From NCBI GenBank assembly GCA_963812135.1, contig CAWETU010000001.1, positions 928,001 to 992,000 on the forward strand: DNA of 64,000 bases, given 5' to 3'. Below, piece after piece: positions 20,810 through 31,398 of the stretch. The position numbers and the translations under genes are program-made. Numbering within the stretch: position 1 is the stretch's first letter; each line of letters starts with the position of its first letter. Source of the stretch: Vulcanimicrobiota bacterium (GTDB taxonomy: Bacteria > Vulcanimicrobiota > Vulcanimicrobiia > Eremiobacterales > Eremiobacteraceae). The notes below the pieces were generated by a model, which was not told the DNA's origin, did no database searches, and was given only the letters and a program-made list of their open reading frames with translations.

Positions 20810-21763
20810 ATGCATGCACGCAAGATCATTATCATCGGCTCCGGACCTGCGGGTCTGACGGCGGCGATCTACGCCGCGCGCGCCAACCTCGCGCCGCTGA
20901 TGTTCGCGGGAGGACTCTACGGCGGCCAGCTCATGCTCACGAGCGACGTCGAGAACTATCCGGGCTTTCCCGAAGGCATCCTCGGGCCAGAGCTGATGGA
21001 GCGTTTTCGCGCGCAAGCGGAGCGTTTCGGAGCCGTCATCCGCAACGACGACGTGACCCGCGTCGATTTCTCGTCGCAGCCGTTGAAGGTCTGGGTCGGC
21101 GACGAAGAGCATCACGCGACCGTCGTCATCGCCGCGACCGGCGCGTCCGCGCAATGGCTCGGCTTGCCGAACGAGACCCGCTTGCGCGGCCGCGGCGTGT
21201 CGAGCTGCGCGACGTGCGACGGCGCTTTCTTCAAAGAGAAGGACATTATCGTCGTCGGTGGCGGCGACACGGCGCTTGAGGATGGGTTGTTCTTGACGCG
21301 TTTCGGGCGCAGCGTGACGGTCGTGCATCGGCGCGACACCTTGCGCGCGTCAAAAATAATGCAGCAGCGCGCGTTCTCGCATCCGAAGATGTCGTTCATC
21401 TGGAACACCGTCGTCGAGGACATCGAGGGCGAGCGCAACGTGACGGCCGCGAAGCTGCACGACCTTGAGACGGGGATGGTGACGGTTCGTCCGTGCGACG
21501 CCGTCTTCGTGGCGATCGGCCACGTGCCGAACACCGAGATCTTCGCGGGACAACTCGAGCTCGATCACAAGGGCTACATCGTCTCACCGGACGGGGTGCG
21601 GACCAACGTCGAGGGCGTCTTCGTGGCCGGCGACGTCCAGGACACGCGCTACCGGCAGGCGGTGACCGCCGCCGGACTGGGTTGCCGCGCCGCAATGGAA
21701 GCCGAAAAACATCTCGAAACTATTGAGAGCCAGGCGCATCACGCCTCTGCGGCGGCGCATTAG
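20810..21763 (+). CDS. trxB: Thioredoxin-disulfide reductase
   Basis: GSGPAG, VENYPGF, GVSSCATCDG, VVGGGD and YRQAVTAAG motifs. Confidence 0.96.
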   Translation: MHARKIIIIGSGPAGLTAAIYAARANLAPLMFAGGLYGGQLMLTSDVENYPGFPEGILGPELMERFRAQAERFGAVIRNDDVTRVDFSSQPLKVWVGDEEHHATVVIAATGASAQWLGLPNETRLRGRGVSSCATCDGAFFKEKDIIVVGGGDTALEDGLFLTRFGRSVTVVHRRDTLRASKIMQQRAFSHPKMSFIWNTVVEDIEGERNVTAAKLHDLETGMVTVRPCDAVFVAIGHVPNTEIFAGQLELDHKGYIVSPDGVRTNVEGVFVAGDVQDTRYRQAVTAAGLGCRAAMEAEKHLETIESQAHHASAAAH

Positions 21764-21861
21764 CACGCCTTAAGCCCAGAGGGCGGTACAGCCGATAATT
21801 AATGTAAGCGGCCGCACAGCGGAACCGTCTTTTCCTTGGATCAGGAGCAGATACCGAACGT

Positions 21862-24276
21862 ATGAGTGAGCAGCAGCCCGGCCAGGCATCCGCGCACGGC
21901 CTCGAGCAAGCCCGGGCCGAGATCGCCGCAGGCAATACCGCCGCGGCCGGCTCCCTCGTGCGCCAAGCCGTCGGGCGCTCCGATACGTCCCCCGCACAGC
22001 TCGCTGAAGGCGCGCGCATCGCCGCCGACCTCGGCATGGAAGAAGCGTTCGGCTGGTTCATGCGCGCGGGCAGATTGCAGCTCGACGCCGGCGACGTCGA
22101 CGCGTCGCGCGCGGCGTTCGAAGCGGCCCGCGCATTGGACGAGAAGAACTACGAGCCGATCTTCGAGATCGGGCGCGCCGAAATCGCCGCGGGCAACAAA
22201 GCCGCGGGACTCGGGCGATTCGCCGAAGTCCTCCGTAAGTCGAACTACACGTTTGTCCCCGCGCTGTTCGAAGCCGGCTGCGTCTACGAAGCCGACGAGC
22301 AAGTCGATCAAGCCATCCTGACCTTCAAGCGCATCGTCGAGCGCGACAAGAGCCACGCGCAAGCCCTCGCGCATCTCGGCCGCCTCTATCGCATCAAGCA
22401 GATGGCGACGGAAGCGACGGCCTATCTGCTGCAGTCTGCAGAAGCGGCGCGCAAGGTCATGGAGTACGAGCTTGCGCTGCAGTGCGCACGCGACATCCTC
22501 GAGTTCGACCCCGGCAACGCGCGCGCGCGCGGGTTGGAATCGGAGATGGAGAAAATCGCGCCGACACCGCGCGATCGCCCGGCTCAGAAACCGCAGCCGA
22601 AGCCTGCACCTATGCCGCCACCGCCGCCGATCCAACAAGTGGCGGCTACGGTCGTGCCGCCGGACTACAAGCTCATCGAGCAGCAGTCCAAGGCGACGCT
22701 CGAACTCGCCCAAGTGACGGCCGCGATAGCGGAGACCTACAAGCAGCGGCTCGCGATCGAAGAGCAGATCAAAGCGGCGCAGAGCACGTTGGCGTCGGTC
22801 GGCGAGGCCAAGGCCGGCGCCGATCAGGAGCTCGCCTCGATCAAGGCGCAGCTCGACAACGTCGCCAAAGCGCGCGCCGCCGAAGAAGCCACGTTGGACG
22901 CACTGTCGGCGAAGCTCGAGCAAGCCCGTCAAGGTCTGGTGGAGATCGAAGCGCTGCACGAGACGGTCAAACAAGCCGACGAACAGCGCGCCGGAATCGT
23001 CAAGTCGATCGAGCAGCTCTCGACGGATGCGGCGGGCGTCCGCTCGCGCGCCGACAAGGCGAAGACCGACGCGGCTGCGGTCGAAAAATCGTTGCTCGAA
23101 GTCGCCGCCGGTTTTGCAGCGTTGCGCAAAGACGCCGAAGGCGCGAAGTCGCTGCTCGATGACGCGAAGTCGCAAGCCGAGCGCGCGAAGGCCGATGCGA
23201 TCGCCGCCGAAGCGACCATCGCGAAGGCACGCGAAGCGTTCGAGAAGAGCAAGTCACAAGTCGACGCGGCTGAGAAACGCATCATCGAGGCGGCGGCGCA
23301 CGCGCACGCGGTTGGTGCCGACTCCACCACCGCGCTGGGCGCGCTTGGGGAAGTCGAGGGGCTCATCGCTTCGACGATGGCCGCCCACAAAGGCATCGAA
23401 GACGCAGTCGCGCAGCTGCGCGCGCTTGCGGTCGCCCTGACCGATCGGCGCAAACAGACCGAGGCCACCCTCGCCCAGATCCAAGGTCTTGGCGAGCCGC
23501 AAAACGTCGGACTGACCGACGCCGACATCGCCAAGCTCGAAGCCGGTCTCGCCGCGGCGATCGAAAAAGCCACCGCCGCCTCGAAGCAGGCTGCGCAGGC
23601 TCCATCCGCTCCGCCCACGCCGCCGCCGGCCGCCGCCGTCAAGCCGAACGGCGCCTCGACTGCGCCCGACGTCGCGGTCGGCAAGGCCGCAGCGAAAGCC
23701 GAGCCGGCCAAAGCCGAGCAGGCGAAGCCCGAGCCTGCCAAAGCGGAAGCTCCCAAGGCCGAGCCGCCCAAAGCGGAAACGGCGAAAGCGCAACCTGCCA
23801 AAGCCGAGCCCGCGAAGCCTGAGCCAGCCAAAGCAGAAGCGCCCAAGGCGCCTGCTGCGAAAGCCAACGACAACACGCCGCATGGTATCTTCGCGCGCGG
23901 TATCGCACAACTCGAAGAGAACAAGCCGCAAGATGCGCTCAAGACGCTCGAGCCGCTGCAGGCGAATCCGGAGTTCGCGGTGCTGGTCCAGACCGCGATC
24001 GGACGCTGCTACGCGCAGCTCGGCAACCTCGACGAAGCGCTGGCGCGTTATGCGAAGGCGCTCGAAGTCTCAGGCCACCCGGAAGAGCAATATCACGAGG
24101 CCCTGTATTACATGGCTGCCGCGCACGAGAGCCGCAACGACGACGAGTCGCGCGAGCTCGCGACCTGGGCGCTCGAAGAGATCTTCGCTGCCAATCCCAA
24201 GTATCGGGATGTCGGCGCGCGCCTCGACTCGCTCAAAGCGAAAGCCGGAAAGGCCGCGGCCGGCGGTCCGGCCTAA
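21862..24276 (+). CDS. TPR / coiled-coil / low-complexity / TPR protein
   Basis: N- and C-terminal TPR-like helices flank a long Ala/Glu/Lys heptad region and 5-aa KAEPA-like repeats. Confidence 0.75.
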   Translation: MSEQQPGQASAHGLEQARAEIAAGNTAAAGSLVRQAVGRSDTSPAQLAEGARIAADLGMEEAFGWFMRAGRLQLDAGDVDASRAAFEAARALDEKNYEPIFEIGRAEIAAGNKAAGLGRFAEVLRKSNYTFVPALFEAGCVYEADEQVDQAILTFKRIVERDKSHAQALAHLGRLYRIKQMATEATAYLLQSAEAARKVMEYELALQCARDILEFDPGNARARGLESEMEKIAPTPRDRPAQKPQPKPAPMPPPPPIQQVAATVVPPDYKLIEQQSKATLELAQVTAAIAETYKQRLAIEEQIKAAQSTLASVGEAKAGADQELASIKAQLDNVAKARAAEEATLDALSAKLEQARQGLVEIEALHETVKQADEQRAGIVKSIEQLSTDAAGVRSRADKAKTDAAAVEKSLLEVAAGFAALRKDAEGAKSLLDDAKSQAERAKADAIAAEATIAKAREAFEKSKSQVDAAEKRIIEAAAHAHAVGADSTTALGALGEVEGLIASTMAAHKGIEDAVAQLRALAVALTDRRKQTEATLAQIQGLGEPQNVGLTDADIAKLEAGLAAAIEKATAASKQAAQAPSAPPTPPPAAAVKPNGASTAPDVAVGKAAAKAEPAKAEQAKPEPAKAEAPKAEPPKAETAKAQPAKAEPAKPEPAKAEAPKAPAAKANDNTPHGIFARGIAQLEENKPQDALKTLEPLQANPEFAVLVQTAIGRCYAQLGNLDEALARYAKALEVSGHPEEQYHEALYYMAAAHESRNDDESRELATWALEEIFAANPKYRDVGARLDSLKAKAGKAAAGGPA
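23695..23864 (+). repeat. Degenerate 15-nt tandem repeat encoding K-[AP]-E-x-[AP]
   Basis: Translates to KAEPAKAEQAKPEPAKAEAPKAEPPKAETAKAQPAKAEPAKPEPAKAEAPKAPAAKA. Confidence 0.8.
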
Positions 24277-24279
24277 CGC

Positions 24280-25893
24280 GTGACGAACGCCAACCGCAAA
24301 CGCCAACTCGCGGTCGAGACCGCGGCCAAAGAAGGGCTGCGCGCCTCCGTGCCGCTCTATATCGCCGCAGCCGAAGCGTTCGCGCAAGAAGACCGGCCGG
24401 CGCAGGGCGTCGAGCTGCTCGGCGAGCTGCTGCGCGCCAAAGAGAAACGTCGCGGACTGCTCGGCCGCGTCGAGAAGAATCCGCTCGGGCCCGAGCGCGT
24501 GCGCGTGGCGACGAAATATTGCGAGTTCTCCCGCACGACGTCGCCGACCGAAGATTCGTTGGAGATGCTCGCCGATCTGGCCACCGAGTTCAGCGATGTC
24601 GCGATCGTGCGCCGCGCGAACGCCGACGCGCTGCGCAATGCGGGTTATGCCTCCGATTCGATCGATGAATACCGCTACTGCTGGAAGCTCGAGCCTGACG
24701 AAGGCGACATCCCGGTACGGCTGAGCGAGCTGTATGCCGCTCTCGGCCGCAACGATGAGGCGATCGATCACCTGCGCAAGGGCATCGCGCTCCACGCGGC
24801 GAGCGGACAGTTCGAGCAGGTCGCCGATCGCGCGATGCGGTTCATCGACATCAATCCGGACGAGTTGGACGACGTCTTCAGTTCGATGGCGCTGCTCCCG
24901 GGCGACGTCCTCAAGAAACACGTGCCGTCGCTCGATCATCTCGGGGTCTTGGTGCGTCGCGATCCGTCGCGTGAGCCCGAGTGGCGCACGCGGATGGAAC
25001 AGCGGCTCGTCGATCTCTACGCGCGCGTGCTCGAAGCCGACAACCGCAACGGCGCCGCGCGGCGCGGGATCAACGTGCTAGGTCCGCAGTATCTCGCAGA
25101 AGTCGAGAGCAAGCTGCGCAACGCTCCCAAGCCAGCGCCTGTCGCAGCTGCGGCGCCGGCCCCAGCCGCCGAACCGCCCCCAGCGCCGGCGCCGCCAGCG
25201 CAAGCACCGACTCCGCCAGCGCAAGTACCGGCCGCGCAAACTCCGCCAGCGCAAACGGCCGCAGCGCCCGCGAAACCGGAACCGTCTGCGCCGCAAGTTG
25301 CTGAAGCCGAAGAGTCGGCCGCTCCGGAGCTCGTTGAGAAGTCGCCGGGCGAACTCGTCACTGAAGAAACTCCAGAGATCGCCGCCGCGGCCGAGACCGC
25401 ACCGCAAGCCGCAGCGGCCGAGACTAAGGAAGCGACACCGCCTGCGGCGGCCGCTCCGGCGCCCGCAGCCGCGACACCGGTACCAGCGGCTGCGTCTACC
25501 CCCGCTGCTGCACCAACGCCGGCCGCTGCGCCAACGCCGGCTGCTGCGCCAGCACCGGCTCCGTCACGCGCGATCTACGCGTTCGCGTTACGCAAGGCGC
25601 AAGAGCAATACGACGCCGGAAGCTATGAAGAGGCCGCGCAGGCCTGCGATCGTATACTGAAACGCGGTGACATCCCCGAGGTGCTGACGCTCCTCGCGCA
25701 TTGCTACATGAAGCTCGAGCGCAAGCCCGATGCGGTGAAAGCGTGCCTGCGATACGCGGACGCGCAAGCCGCAGAAGATCCGACCAAGGCGCTCGATGCG
25801 CTGACCGAGCTCATCAAAGAGCTGCCGGACGCAGCGCTCATCCTTCGCCGCTCGCAACTGCTCACGAAGATCCGTCAAGTCGAACGCGTCTAA
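24280..25893 (+). CDS. TPR protein with a Pro/Ala-rich linker
   Basis: TPR-like segments (LSELYAALGRNDEAIDHL and KAQEQYDAGSYEEAAQ) and PAAAPT repeats. Starts 3 nt after the previous stop. Confidence 0.75.
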   Translation: MTNANRKRQLAVETAAKEGLRASVPLYIAAAEAFAQEDRPAQGVELLGELLRAKEKRRGLLGRVEKNPLGPERVRVATKYCEFSRTTSPTEDSLEMLADLATEFSDVAIVRRANADALRNAGYASDSIDEYRYCWKLEPDEGDIPVRLSELYAALGRNDEAIDHLRKGIALHAASGQFEQVADRAMRFIDINPDELDDVFSSMALLPGDVLKKHVPSLDHLGVLVRRDPSREPEWRTRMEQRLVDLYARVLEADNRNGAARRGINVLGPQYLAEVESKLRNAPKPAPVAAAAPAPAAEPPPAPAPPAQAPTPPAQVPAAQTPPAQTAAAPAKPEPSAPQVAEAEESAAPELVEKSPGELVTEETPEIAAAAETAPQAAAAETKEATPPAAAAPAPAAATPVPAAASTPAAAPTPAAAPTPAAAPAPAPSRAIYAFALRKAQEQYDAGSYEEAAQACDRILKRGDIPEVLTLLAHCYMKLERKPDAVKACLRYADAQAAEDPTKALDALTELIKELPDAALILRRSQLLTKIRQVERV

Positions 25894-25905
25894 CGCGCTC
25901 CAGGG

Positions 25906-26724
25906 TCACGGAGCGAAGGTGTAATAGATCCTGTAGGTCTCGGTCGCGGGTCTGCCGTCTATCTTCGGCGGTAAGAACGAGCTGCGTGACGCCGCGGCGA
26001 GCGCCGCCTGATCGAGCGCCGGATGACCGGCCGACTTCTCCAAACGTTGCGAGATCACGTTCCCCTTGGGGCCGACGGTCACGAGCACCTGAGCGGTGCC
26101 TGAGGCGCTCTGTTCACGCGCGATCTCCGGATAATCAGGTTGCACGCGGTTTGCAAAACGCGCGTCCACCACGATCTGCGGCGCATACACCGCTTCGCTC
26201 GGCGGCGTGGTCGCAGGCGGCGCGGTGGCGGGCGGCTGCGTGGGCGGGTTCGTGAGCGCGGGCGCCGGCGTCGGCGGCAGCGAGAAGACGTTGCCGGCAG
26301 CCGCGATGCTGAGCGGTTTCGCGGGGCGCGTGGCGGGCGCCGTTTTCGGTTTGGGAGTTTTCTTGGGTCCGGGCGTCGGCGTCGGCGTCGGCACCGGCGT
26401 CGGCGTCGGCACGGGGGTTGCGGTCGGCAGCGGCGTCGGCGTTCCGCCGATCAGCGGCAAAACCGGCTTGAGCGGATGAAACGCCACGACATGCGTCGAC
26501 ACGACCGCCTTGGGCGTCGGCTTTGGAGTCGCGGCATGGAACATGTTGGTGACGCTGCTGAAGTCAGGTTTGGCATATACGACGTATGCGCCCGCGCCGA
26601 CCAAGACGAGGACCGCGACCGCAGCGAGGGTGCGGACGCGCGTTCTGGATTCTTTCCGCCGACGCCGCTCTTCGCGGTCTTCTTTGAAGCTGCGGCGGAT
26701 CGGCGCGCCGGGGGTGAAGCTCAC
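25906..26724 (-). CDS. TonB-family protein
   Basis: Single transmembrane helix, Pro-Thr repeat linker and a TonB C-terminal domain (QPDYPEIAREQSASG..SAGHPALDQAAL..FLPPKIDGRP). Confidence 0.85.
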   Translation of the reverse strand: MSFTPGAPIRRSFKEDREERRRRKESRTRVRTLAAVAVLVLVGAGAYVVYAKPDFSSVTNMFHAATPKPTPKAVVSTHVVAFHPLKPVLPLIGGTPTPLPTATPVPTPTPVPTPTPTPGPKKTPKPKTAPATRPAKPLSIAAAGNVFSLPPTPAPALTNPPTQPPATAPPATTPPSEAVYAPQIVVDARFANRVQPDYPEIAREQSASGTAQVLVTVGPKGNVISQRLEKSAGHPALDQAALAAASRSSFLPPKIDGRPATETYRIYYTFAP

Positions 26725-26744
26725 GCGGAGATGCCTCCTGTGGG

Positions 26745-26767
26745 CCCGAGCGAAGCTCGGGTACTAC
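26745..26767 (-). repeat. REP-like palindrome family 2, copy upstream of the TonB-family gene
   Basis: Minus strand GTAG-TA-CCCGAGC-TTC-GCTCGGG. Confidence 0.7.
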
Positions 26768-26824
26768 CTTTGAATATCGTCAAAAATGGGGTTCGAGTTT
26801 ACGACCCGCGCGGGACGCGCGTTG

Positions 26825-27991
26825 TTACAGCTGGATGGGTAGTGTGTGCGCCAGCGTCCTGAAGGTGCGCACCCCTGTGGCGAGCGCCCTCTCGTCGAGC
26901 CGGAACTCGGGTGAATGGGTCATCGCCGGATCAGCCACTCCCGCAAATCCGACCCCGAGCCGAAGATAGCAGCCAGGCGCGCGCTGCGCGAAATAGGCGA
27001 AGTCCTCGGCGCCCATGCTCGGTCGAGGAATCGCCTCGACGGTATCGCCTGCGTCGTTCAAGATCGAGACGATGCGCTCGACCAGCGCGGGATCGTTGAT
27101 GACGCTCGGGTAGCCGAACTCGAAGTCGATTTCGTAGGTGGCGCGATGCGCGTCGCAGATCCCCTTGACCATGCGTTCGAGACGCGCCGGTATGCCTTTG
27201 CGCACGTCCTCGTCCAGGCAGCGGATCGTTCCTTCGAGCACGGTCTGATCGGCGATGATGTTGCGCCGGTATCCGCCTCGGATGAGGCCGATCGACATGA
27301 CGACCGATTCCAGGGGGTCGACTTCGCGACTGACGATGCGTTGCACCGCGCCGACGATCTCCGCGGCGATCGGGATGGTGTCCACGGAGCCGTGCGGATA
27401 CGCGCCGTGCCCGCCGCGGCCACGCACGGTGATCGCAAAATCATCGCACGACGCCGACATCGCGCCCGGTTTCGTGGCAAGCGTGCCTGCCAGCAGGAGC
27501 GGTGACACGTGGATCATGACGACCGCGTCGACCTTCGGTGCGTCCATCGCTCCGGCCTCGATCATCGGCAGTGCGCCGCCTGGCCCTTCCTCAGCTGGTT
27601 GAAAGAAGAACTTGATCGTGCCGGCGAGCGTCGCGCGTTCCTGCGCCAGCGACACGGCGGCGCCGAGCAGCATCGCGGTGTGCGCGTCGTGACCGCACGC
27701 ATGCATCACGCCAGGGACTTTCGATGAGAACGGCTCGCCGCTTCGCTCGTCGAGCGGCAGCGCATCCATGTCCGCGCGAAACGCTAACGTCTTGCCAGGC
27801 CGTCCGCCCTTGAGTACGCCGACGATACCGGTCTTCGCGACGCGCGTCGTCTCGATGCCGGCCGCGCGCAGCGTCTTCTCGACGAGCGCGCTGGTGCGTT
27901 CTTCTTCGAAGCCGAGTTCCGGATGCTCGTGGATGCTGCGCCGCCAGCCGACCACATCCTCGAAGACGCGCTCGAGCGCGGCCTCGGTCAT
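26825..27991 (-). CDS. M20 family amidohydrolase
   Basis: HEHPELGFEE, RADMDALP, MHACGHDAH, FQPAEE and MGAEDF motifs. Confidence 0.93.
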   Translation of the reverse strand: MTEAALERVFEDVVGWRRSIHEHPELGFEEERTSALVEKTLRAAGIETTRVAKTGIVGVLKGGRPGKTLAFRADMDALPLDERSGEPFSSKVPGVMHACGHDAHTAMLLGAAVSLAQERATLAGTIKFFFQPAEEGPGGALPMIEAGAMDAPKVDAVVMIHVSPLLLAGTLATKPGAMSASCDDFAITVRGRGGHGAYPHGSVDTIPIAAEIVGAVQRIVSREVDPLESVVMSIGLIRGGYRRNIIADQTVLEGTIRCLDEDVRKGIPARLERMVKGICDAHRATYEIDFEFGYPSVINDPALVERIVSILNDAGDTVEAIPRPSMGAEDFAYFAQRAPGCYLRLGVGFAGVADPAMTHSPEFRLDERALATGVRTFRTLAHTLPIQL

Positions 27992-29316
27992 GCGAACAAC
28001 GGCTCTTTGGATTCGCGCCCTTGCGCCATCGTCAGCTCGATCTGCGCCGCGAGTTTGGGCAGACCGTCGTCGAGGACCTCGCGACCGTTCTCGGTGATCA
28101 GCACGTCGTCTTCGATGCGCACGCCGATGCCTTTGAAGCGCTTGTCGACATCGAGGTCATCGCCGACGTAGAGTCCGGGTTCGATCGTGACGATCATGCC
28201 CGCCTTGAGCTCGCGCCAATCACCTTGCGCGCGATAGAAGCCGACGTCGTGCGTGTCGAAACCCAAGAAATGACCCACGCGGTGGGGCAGGAACGGTTTG
28301 TGCGCGCCGTTCTCGATCACAGCGTCGTTGGATCCTTTGACTAGCCCGAGCTCGCGCAGCCCGTCGATGAGGATGCGTTGCGCGGCGTCGTTGATCTCGC
28401 TGTTGTATTTCACGCCCGGTTTACATTTTTCGATGGCTGCGACGTTGGCGGCGAGCACGATGTCGTAGATGGCGCGCTGCTCCGGCGAGAACGTGCCGGA
28501 GATCGGCCACGTCCGCGTGATGTCGCCGTTGTAATAATCGACTTCGGCGCCTGCGTCGACGAGCACCAAGGCGTCGTCCGGGACCCGATCGCGATTCGCG
28601 GTGTAGTGCAGATAGGTCGTGTTATTGCCGCCCGCGACGATCGAAGGATACGCGTTTGATTCCGCGCCAAGGCTGGTGAAGGTGTAGTCGACGATCGCTT
28701 GGATTTCGTACTCGTGCATCCCAGGCCGTGCGTGGCGCATGGCTGCCAGATGACCGGCCGCCGAGATCTCGACCGCGCGCCGCATGCCCGCGATGTCGGC
28801 AGATGATTTGAACACGCGCAGCTCGTGCAGGATCGGGCTCGGGTCGAGGACATTGATCGCGCCGTGGTCGCCGCGCCGGCGCGCGACACGCGCGTTGACG
28901 ACATGCTCGCGGATGCGCCGCTGGAATTCCTCGCCGCCGCTCCAACCGTAATAGAGGTTATCCGACGAGTCGAGCAGCTCCGGCAGCCGTTTGTCGAGCT
29001 CGTCGATCGGATAAGTCGCGTCGATGTGGAGCGCTTGCGCGGCGCGTTCGACGCCGAGGCGTTTGCCTTCCCAGATCTCGCGATCTCGATCGAGTTGGCG
29101 CAAGAAGAGAACCGATTTGGTCTCTTTGTGATTGGGCGCGAGCACGAGCACGCTGTGCGGCTCGCTAAATCCGCTCAGATAGTAGAAGTCTGAGTCTTGG
29201 CGGTATGGATAATGGCCGTCGTTGGAGCGGATGACTTGTGGCGCGCTTGGAAAAACGGCGACCGCGTCGCCGATGCTCTTGGTGAAGGCGGCGCGCCGCC
29301 GTTCGAATTCGGTCAT
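27988..29316 (-). CDS. pepP: Xaa-Pro aminopeptidase (M24B)
   Basis: YRQDSDFYYL, DAGAE..GDITRT, HFLGFDTHD, TIEPG and GVRIEDD motifs. Confidence 0.93.
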   Translation of the reverse strand: MTEFERRRAAFTKSIGDAVAVFPSAPQVIRSNDGHYPYRQDSDFYYLSGFSEPHSVLVLAPNHKETKSVLFLRQLDRDREIWEGKRLGVERAAQALHIDATYPIDELDKRLPELLDSSDNLYYGWSGGEEFQRRIREHVVNARVARRRGDHGAINVLDPSPILHELRVFKSSADIAGMRRAVEISAAGHLAAMRHARPGMHEYEIQAIVDYTFTSLGAESNAYPSIVAGGNNTTYLHYTANRDRVPDDALVLVDAGAEVDYYNGDITRTWPISGTFSPEQRAIYDIVLAANVAAIEKCKPGVKYNSEINDAAQRILIDGLRELGLVKGSNDAVIENGAHKPFLPHRVGHFLGFDTHDVGFYRAQGDWRELKAGMIVTIEPGLYVGDDLDVDKRFKGIGVRIEDDVLITENGREVLDDGLPKLAAQIELTMAQGRESKEPLFA

Positions 29317-29324
29317 CGTGCTCC

Positions 29325-30164
29325 TTACAAACCGCGCGCTTGGCGCAAGTACTCAACGGTATGACGGATATGCTCGCCGTCGCCGGCGCCCGGCGAGCGG
29401 CGTAGGTAGGTCTCGAGATCCTCGATGGCGCGGTCGTAGCGATGCAGGCGCGCGAACAAAATGCCGCGGTCGCGCAGCTCGGTCGGATCGTCCGGATCGA
29501 TCGCGAGCTGCAATTCGATCGCCGCAAGCGCGGCGACGTAGTTCTTGGCTTGGCTCAGGCTGTTCTTCAAATTGAGCAGCACGCGCTTGACGATGGTGCG
29601 GTGCGAGACCGGCTCGAGGAACTCGTCGCGCCACGTGATGCGCCCGCGATACAGCTTATCCACGAGCGCGACGCACTCGGGCACGTCGAGCACCGCGCCG
29701 CCCTGGAATGGATCGATGAACAAGCGGCTCGACGGGTCGGGAAAGCGGACGACGAAATGCCCCGGCAGACCCACGCCGGCGAGCGTCAAACCGACGCGCC
29801 GCGCCGTCTCCATCAGCACGATCGACAGGGTGATCGGGATGCCGATGCGCCGGTCGAGCACGCTCGAGAGCAAGCTGTTCCCGGGTTCGTAGTACGCGCT
29901 GTGGTTGCCGCGGAAACCGCCCTCGCCGAACAGAGTGCGCAACACGCCGTCGATGCGCGCGTAGGGGTCGCTGGAATTGCCGGCCGCCTTAGCGGCGCGC
30001 GCCGCAAGCGCGTCAAGCTTGCGCGCATAGCGGTCGGGCTCGACGCCGGTATCGAACACCGCGGCTGAAAGCAGGCACGCGGTGTCGAGCGGCAGATCGA
30101 CGCTCTCCTCGTCGCACCGTGCGACAAGATTAGCGAAACGTTGCCCGGGCACTAACGGTCTCAT
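29325..30164 (-). CDS. SirB1 / transglutaminase-like TPR protein
   Basis: FRGN..YY, GIPITLS, GLPGHF, IDPF and ELRDRG motifs. Confidence 0.88.
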   Translation of the reverse strand: MRPLVPGQRFANLVARCDEESVDLPLDTACLLSAAVFDTGVEPDRYARKLDALAARAAKAAGNSSDPYARIDGVLRTLFGEGGFRGNHSAYYEPGNSLLSSVLDRRIGIPITLSIVLMETARRVGLTLAGVGLPGHFVVRFPDPSSRLFIDPFQGGAVLDVPECVALVDKLYRGRITWRDEFLEPVSHRTIVKRVLLNLKNSLSQAKNYVAALAAIELQLAIDPDDPTELRDRGILFARLHRYDRAIEDLETYLRRSPGAGDGEHIRHTVEYLRQARGL

Positions 30165-30240
30165 CGGGAGCGTCCCCTTCTCGGCACCGCGCGCTCGCCC
30201 CTAGCGGGTAGGCGCGCCAGCGAACCAGAAATCGCGTCAC

Positions 30241-31398
30241 ATGCGCGTCGACGCCGATGCTCTGCTCGCGCGGCGAGCGGAATTCCCTATCCTATCGACC
30301 TGCACGTATCTCATCAGCAACTCATTGGGCGCCGTGCCTGCGCGCACGAGGCAGCGCTTGGCGGATTATGCGGAGAGCTGGGCGGTGCGCGGCGTGCTGG
30401 CATGGGATGAATGGCTTGGTGTGGCTCGGGCCGCGGGCGATCTCGTGTCGCGGCTCATCAACGCCGGCCGCGACGAGGTCACACTTTTTCAAAACGTGAC
30501 GATTTGCGAGTCGGTGCTGATCTCGTGCCTCGATTTCTCAGGACGGCGCAACAAGGTCGTGTATTCCGACCTTGAGTTCCCGACGGTCCACTATGTCTGG
30601 CAGGGGCAAACGCAGCGTGGCGCGCGCACCGAAGTGATAAAGAGTCCCAACGGCATACACGCCGACATCAAGGCGCTTTGTGACGCCATCGACGAGACGA
30701 CGATTGCCGTGCCGATCTCGCACGTGCTGTTCCGCTCGAGCGCCATTTGCGACATCGCGCCCATCGTCGAAAAGGCCCACCGCGTGGGCGCGTTCGTGTT
30801 CCTCGACGTGTTCCAATCGATCGGCACCGTGCCGGTCGACGTCCAGGCGCTTGGCGTCGACGCGGTCGTCGGCGGTTGCCTGAAGTGGCTGTGCGGCGGC
30901 CCGGGCGCTGCCTTCTTGTGGGTACGGCCGTCGCTCTACGATCGCCTGAACCCGGCGATGGTCGGCTGGTTCGGTCACAAGCGGCCGTTCGATTTCGATA
31001 TGGGCGCGTTCGAAGGCGCCGACGATGTGTGGCGTTATGCCGGTGGCACGTCGAACGTGCCGGCGCTATACGCAGCGCGCAGCGGGCTGGAGATCATCAA
31101 TGAGGTCGGCGTCGACGCGATACGCACGCGTAGCATCGAGCTGACGTCGCTGCTGGTCGAGCTGGCGCAACACCACGGCCTGTCCGTGCGCTCTCCGTTG
31201 GATGCTGCCCGTCGCGGCGGTCACGTGACGCTTGACCTCCCGAATGCGCAACATGCATGCGATGAAATGATCCGCCGCAGCTTCATGGTCGATTTCCGGC
31301 CGAATGCCGGCATCCGCATCGCCCCGCATTTCTATAACTCACATGACGAGGTCGAGGCCGCCGTGCGCGAGCTGGTGGCGATCCGCGATGGCCACTGA
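30241..31398 (+). CDS. Kynureninase-like class V PLP enzyme
   Basis: YLISNSLG, EFPT, DVFQSIG, GGCLKWLCGGPG, GWFG and RRGGH motifs. Confidence 0.8.
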   Translation: MRVDADALLARRAEFPILSTCTYLISNSLGAVPARTRQRLADYAESWAVRGVLAWDEWLGVARAAGDLVSRLINAGRDEVTLFQNVTICESVLISCLDFSGRRNKVVYSDLEFPTVHYVWQGQTQRGARTEVIKSPNGIHADIKALCDAIDETTIAVPISHVLFRSSAICDIAPIVEKAHRVGAFVFLDVFQSIGTVPVDVQALGVDAVVGGCLKWLCGGPGAAFLWVRPSLYDRLNPAMVGWFGHKRPFDFDMGAFEGADDVWRYAGGTSNVPALYAARSGLEIINEVGVDAIRTRSIELTSLLVELAQHHGLSVRSPLDAARRGGHVTLDLPNAQHACDEMIRRSFMVDFRPNAGIRIAPHFYNSHDEVEAAVRELVAIRDGH

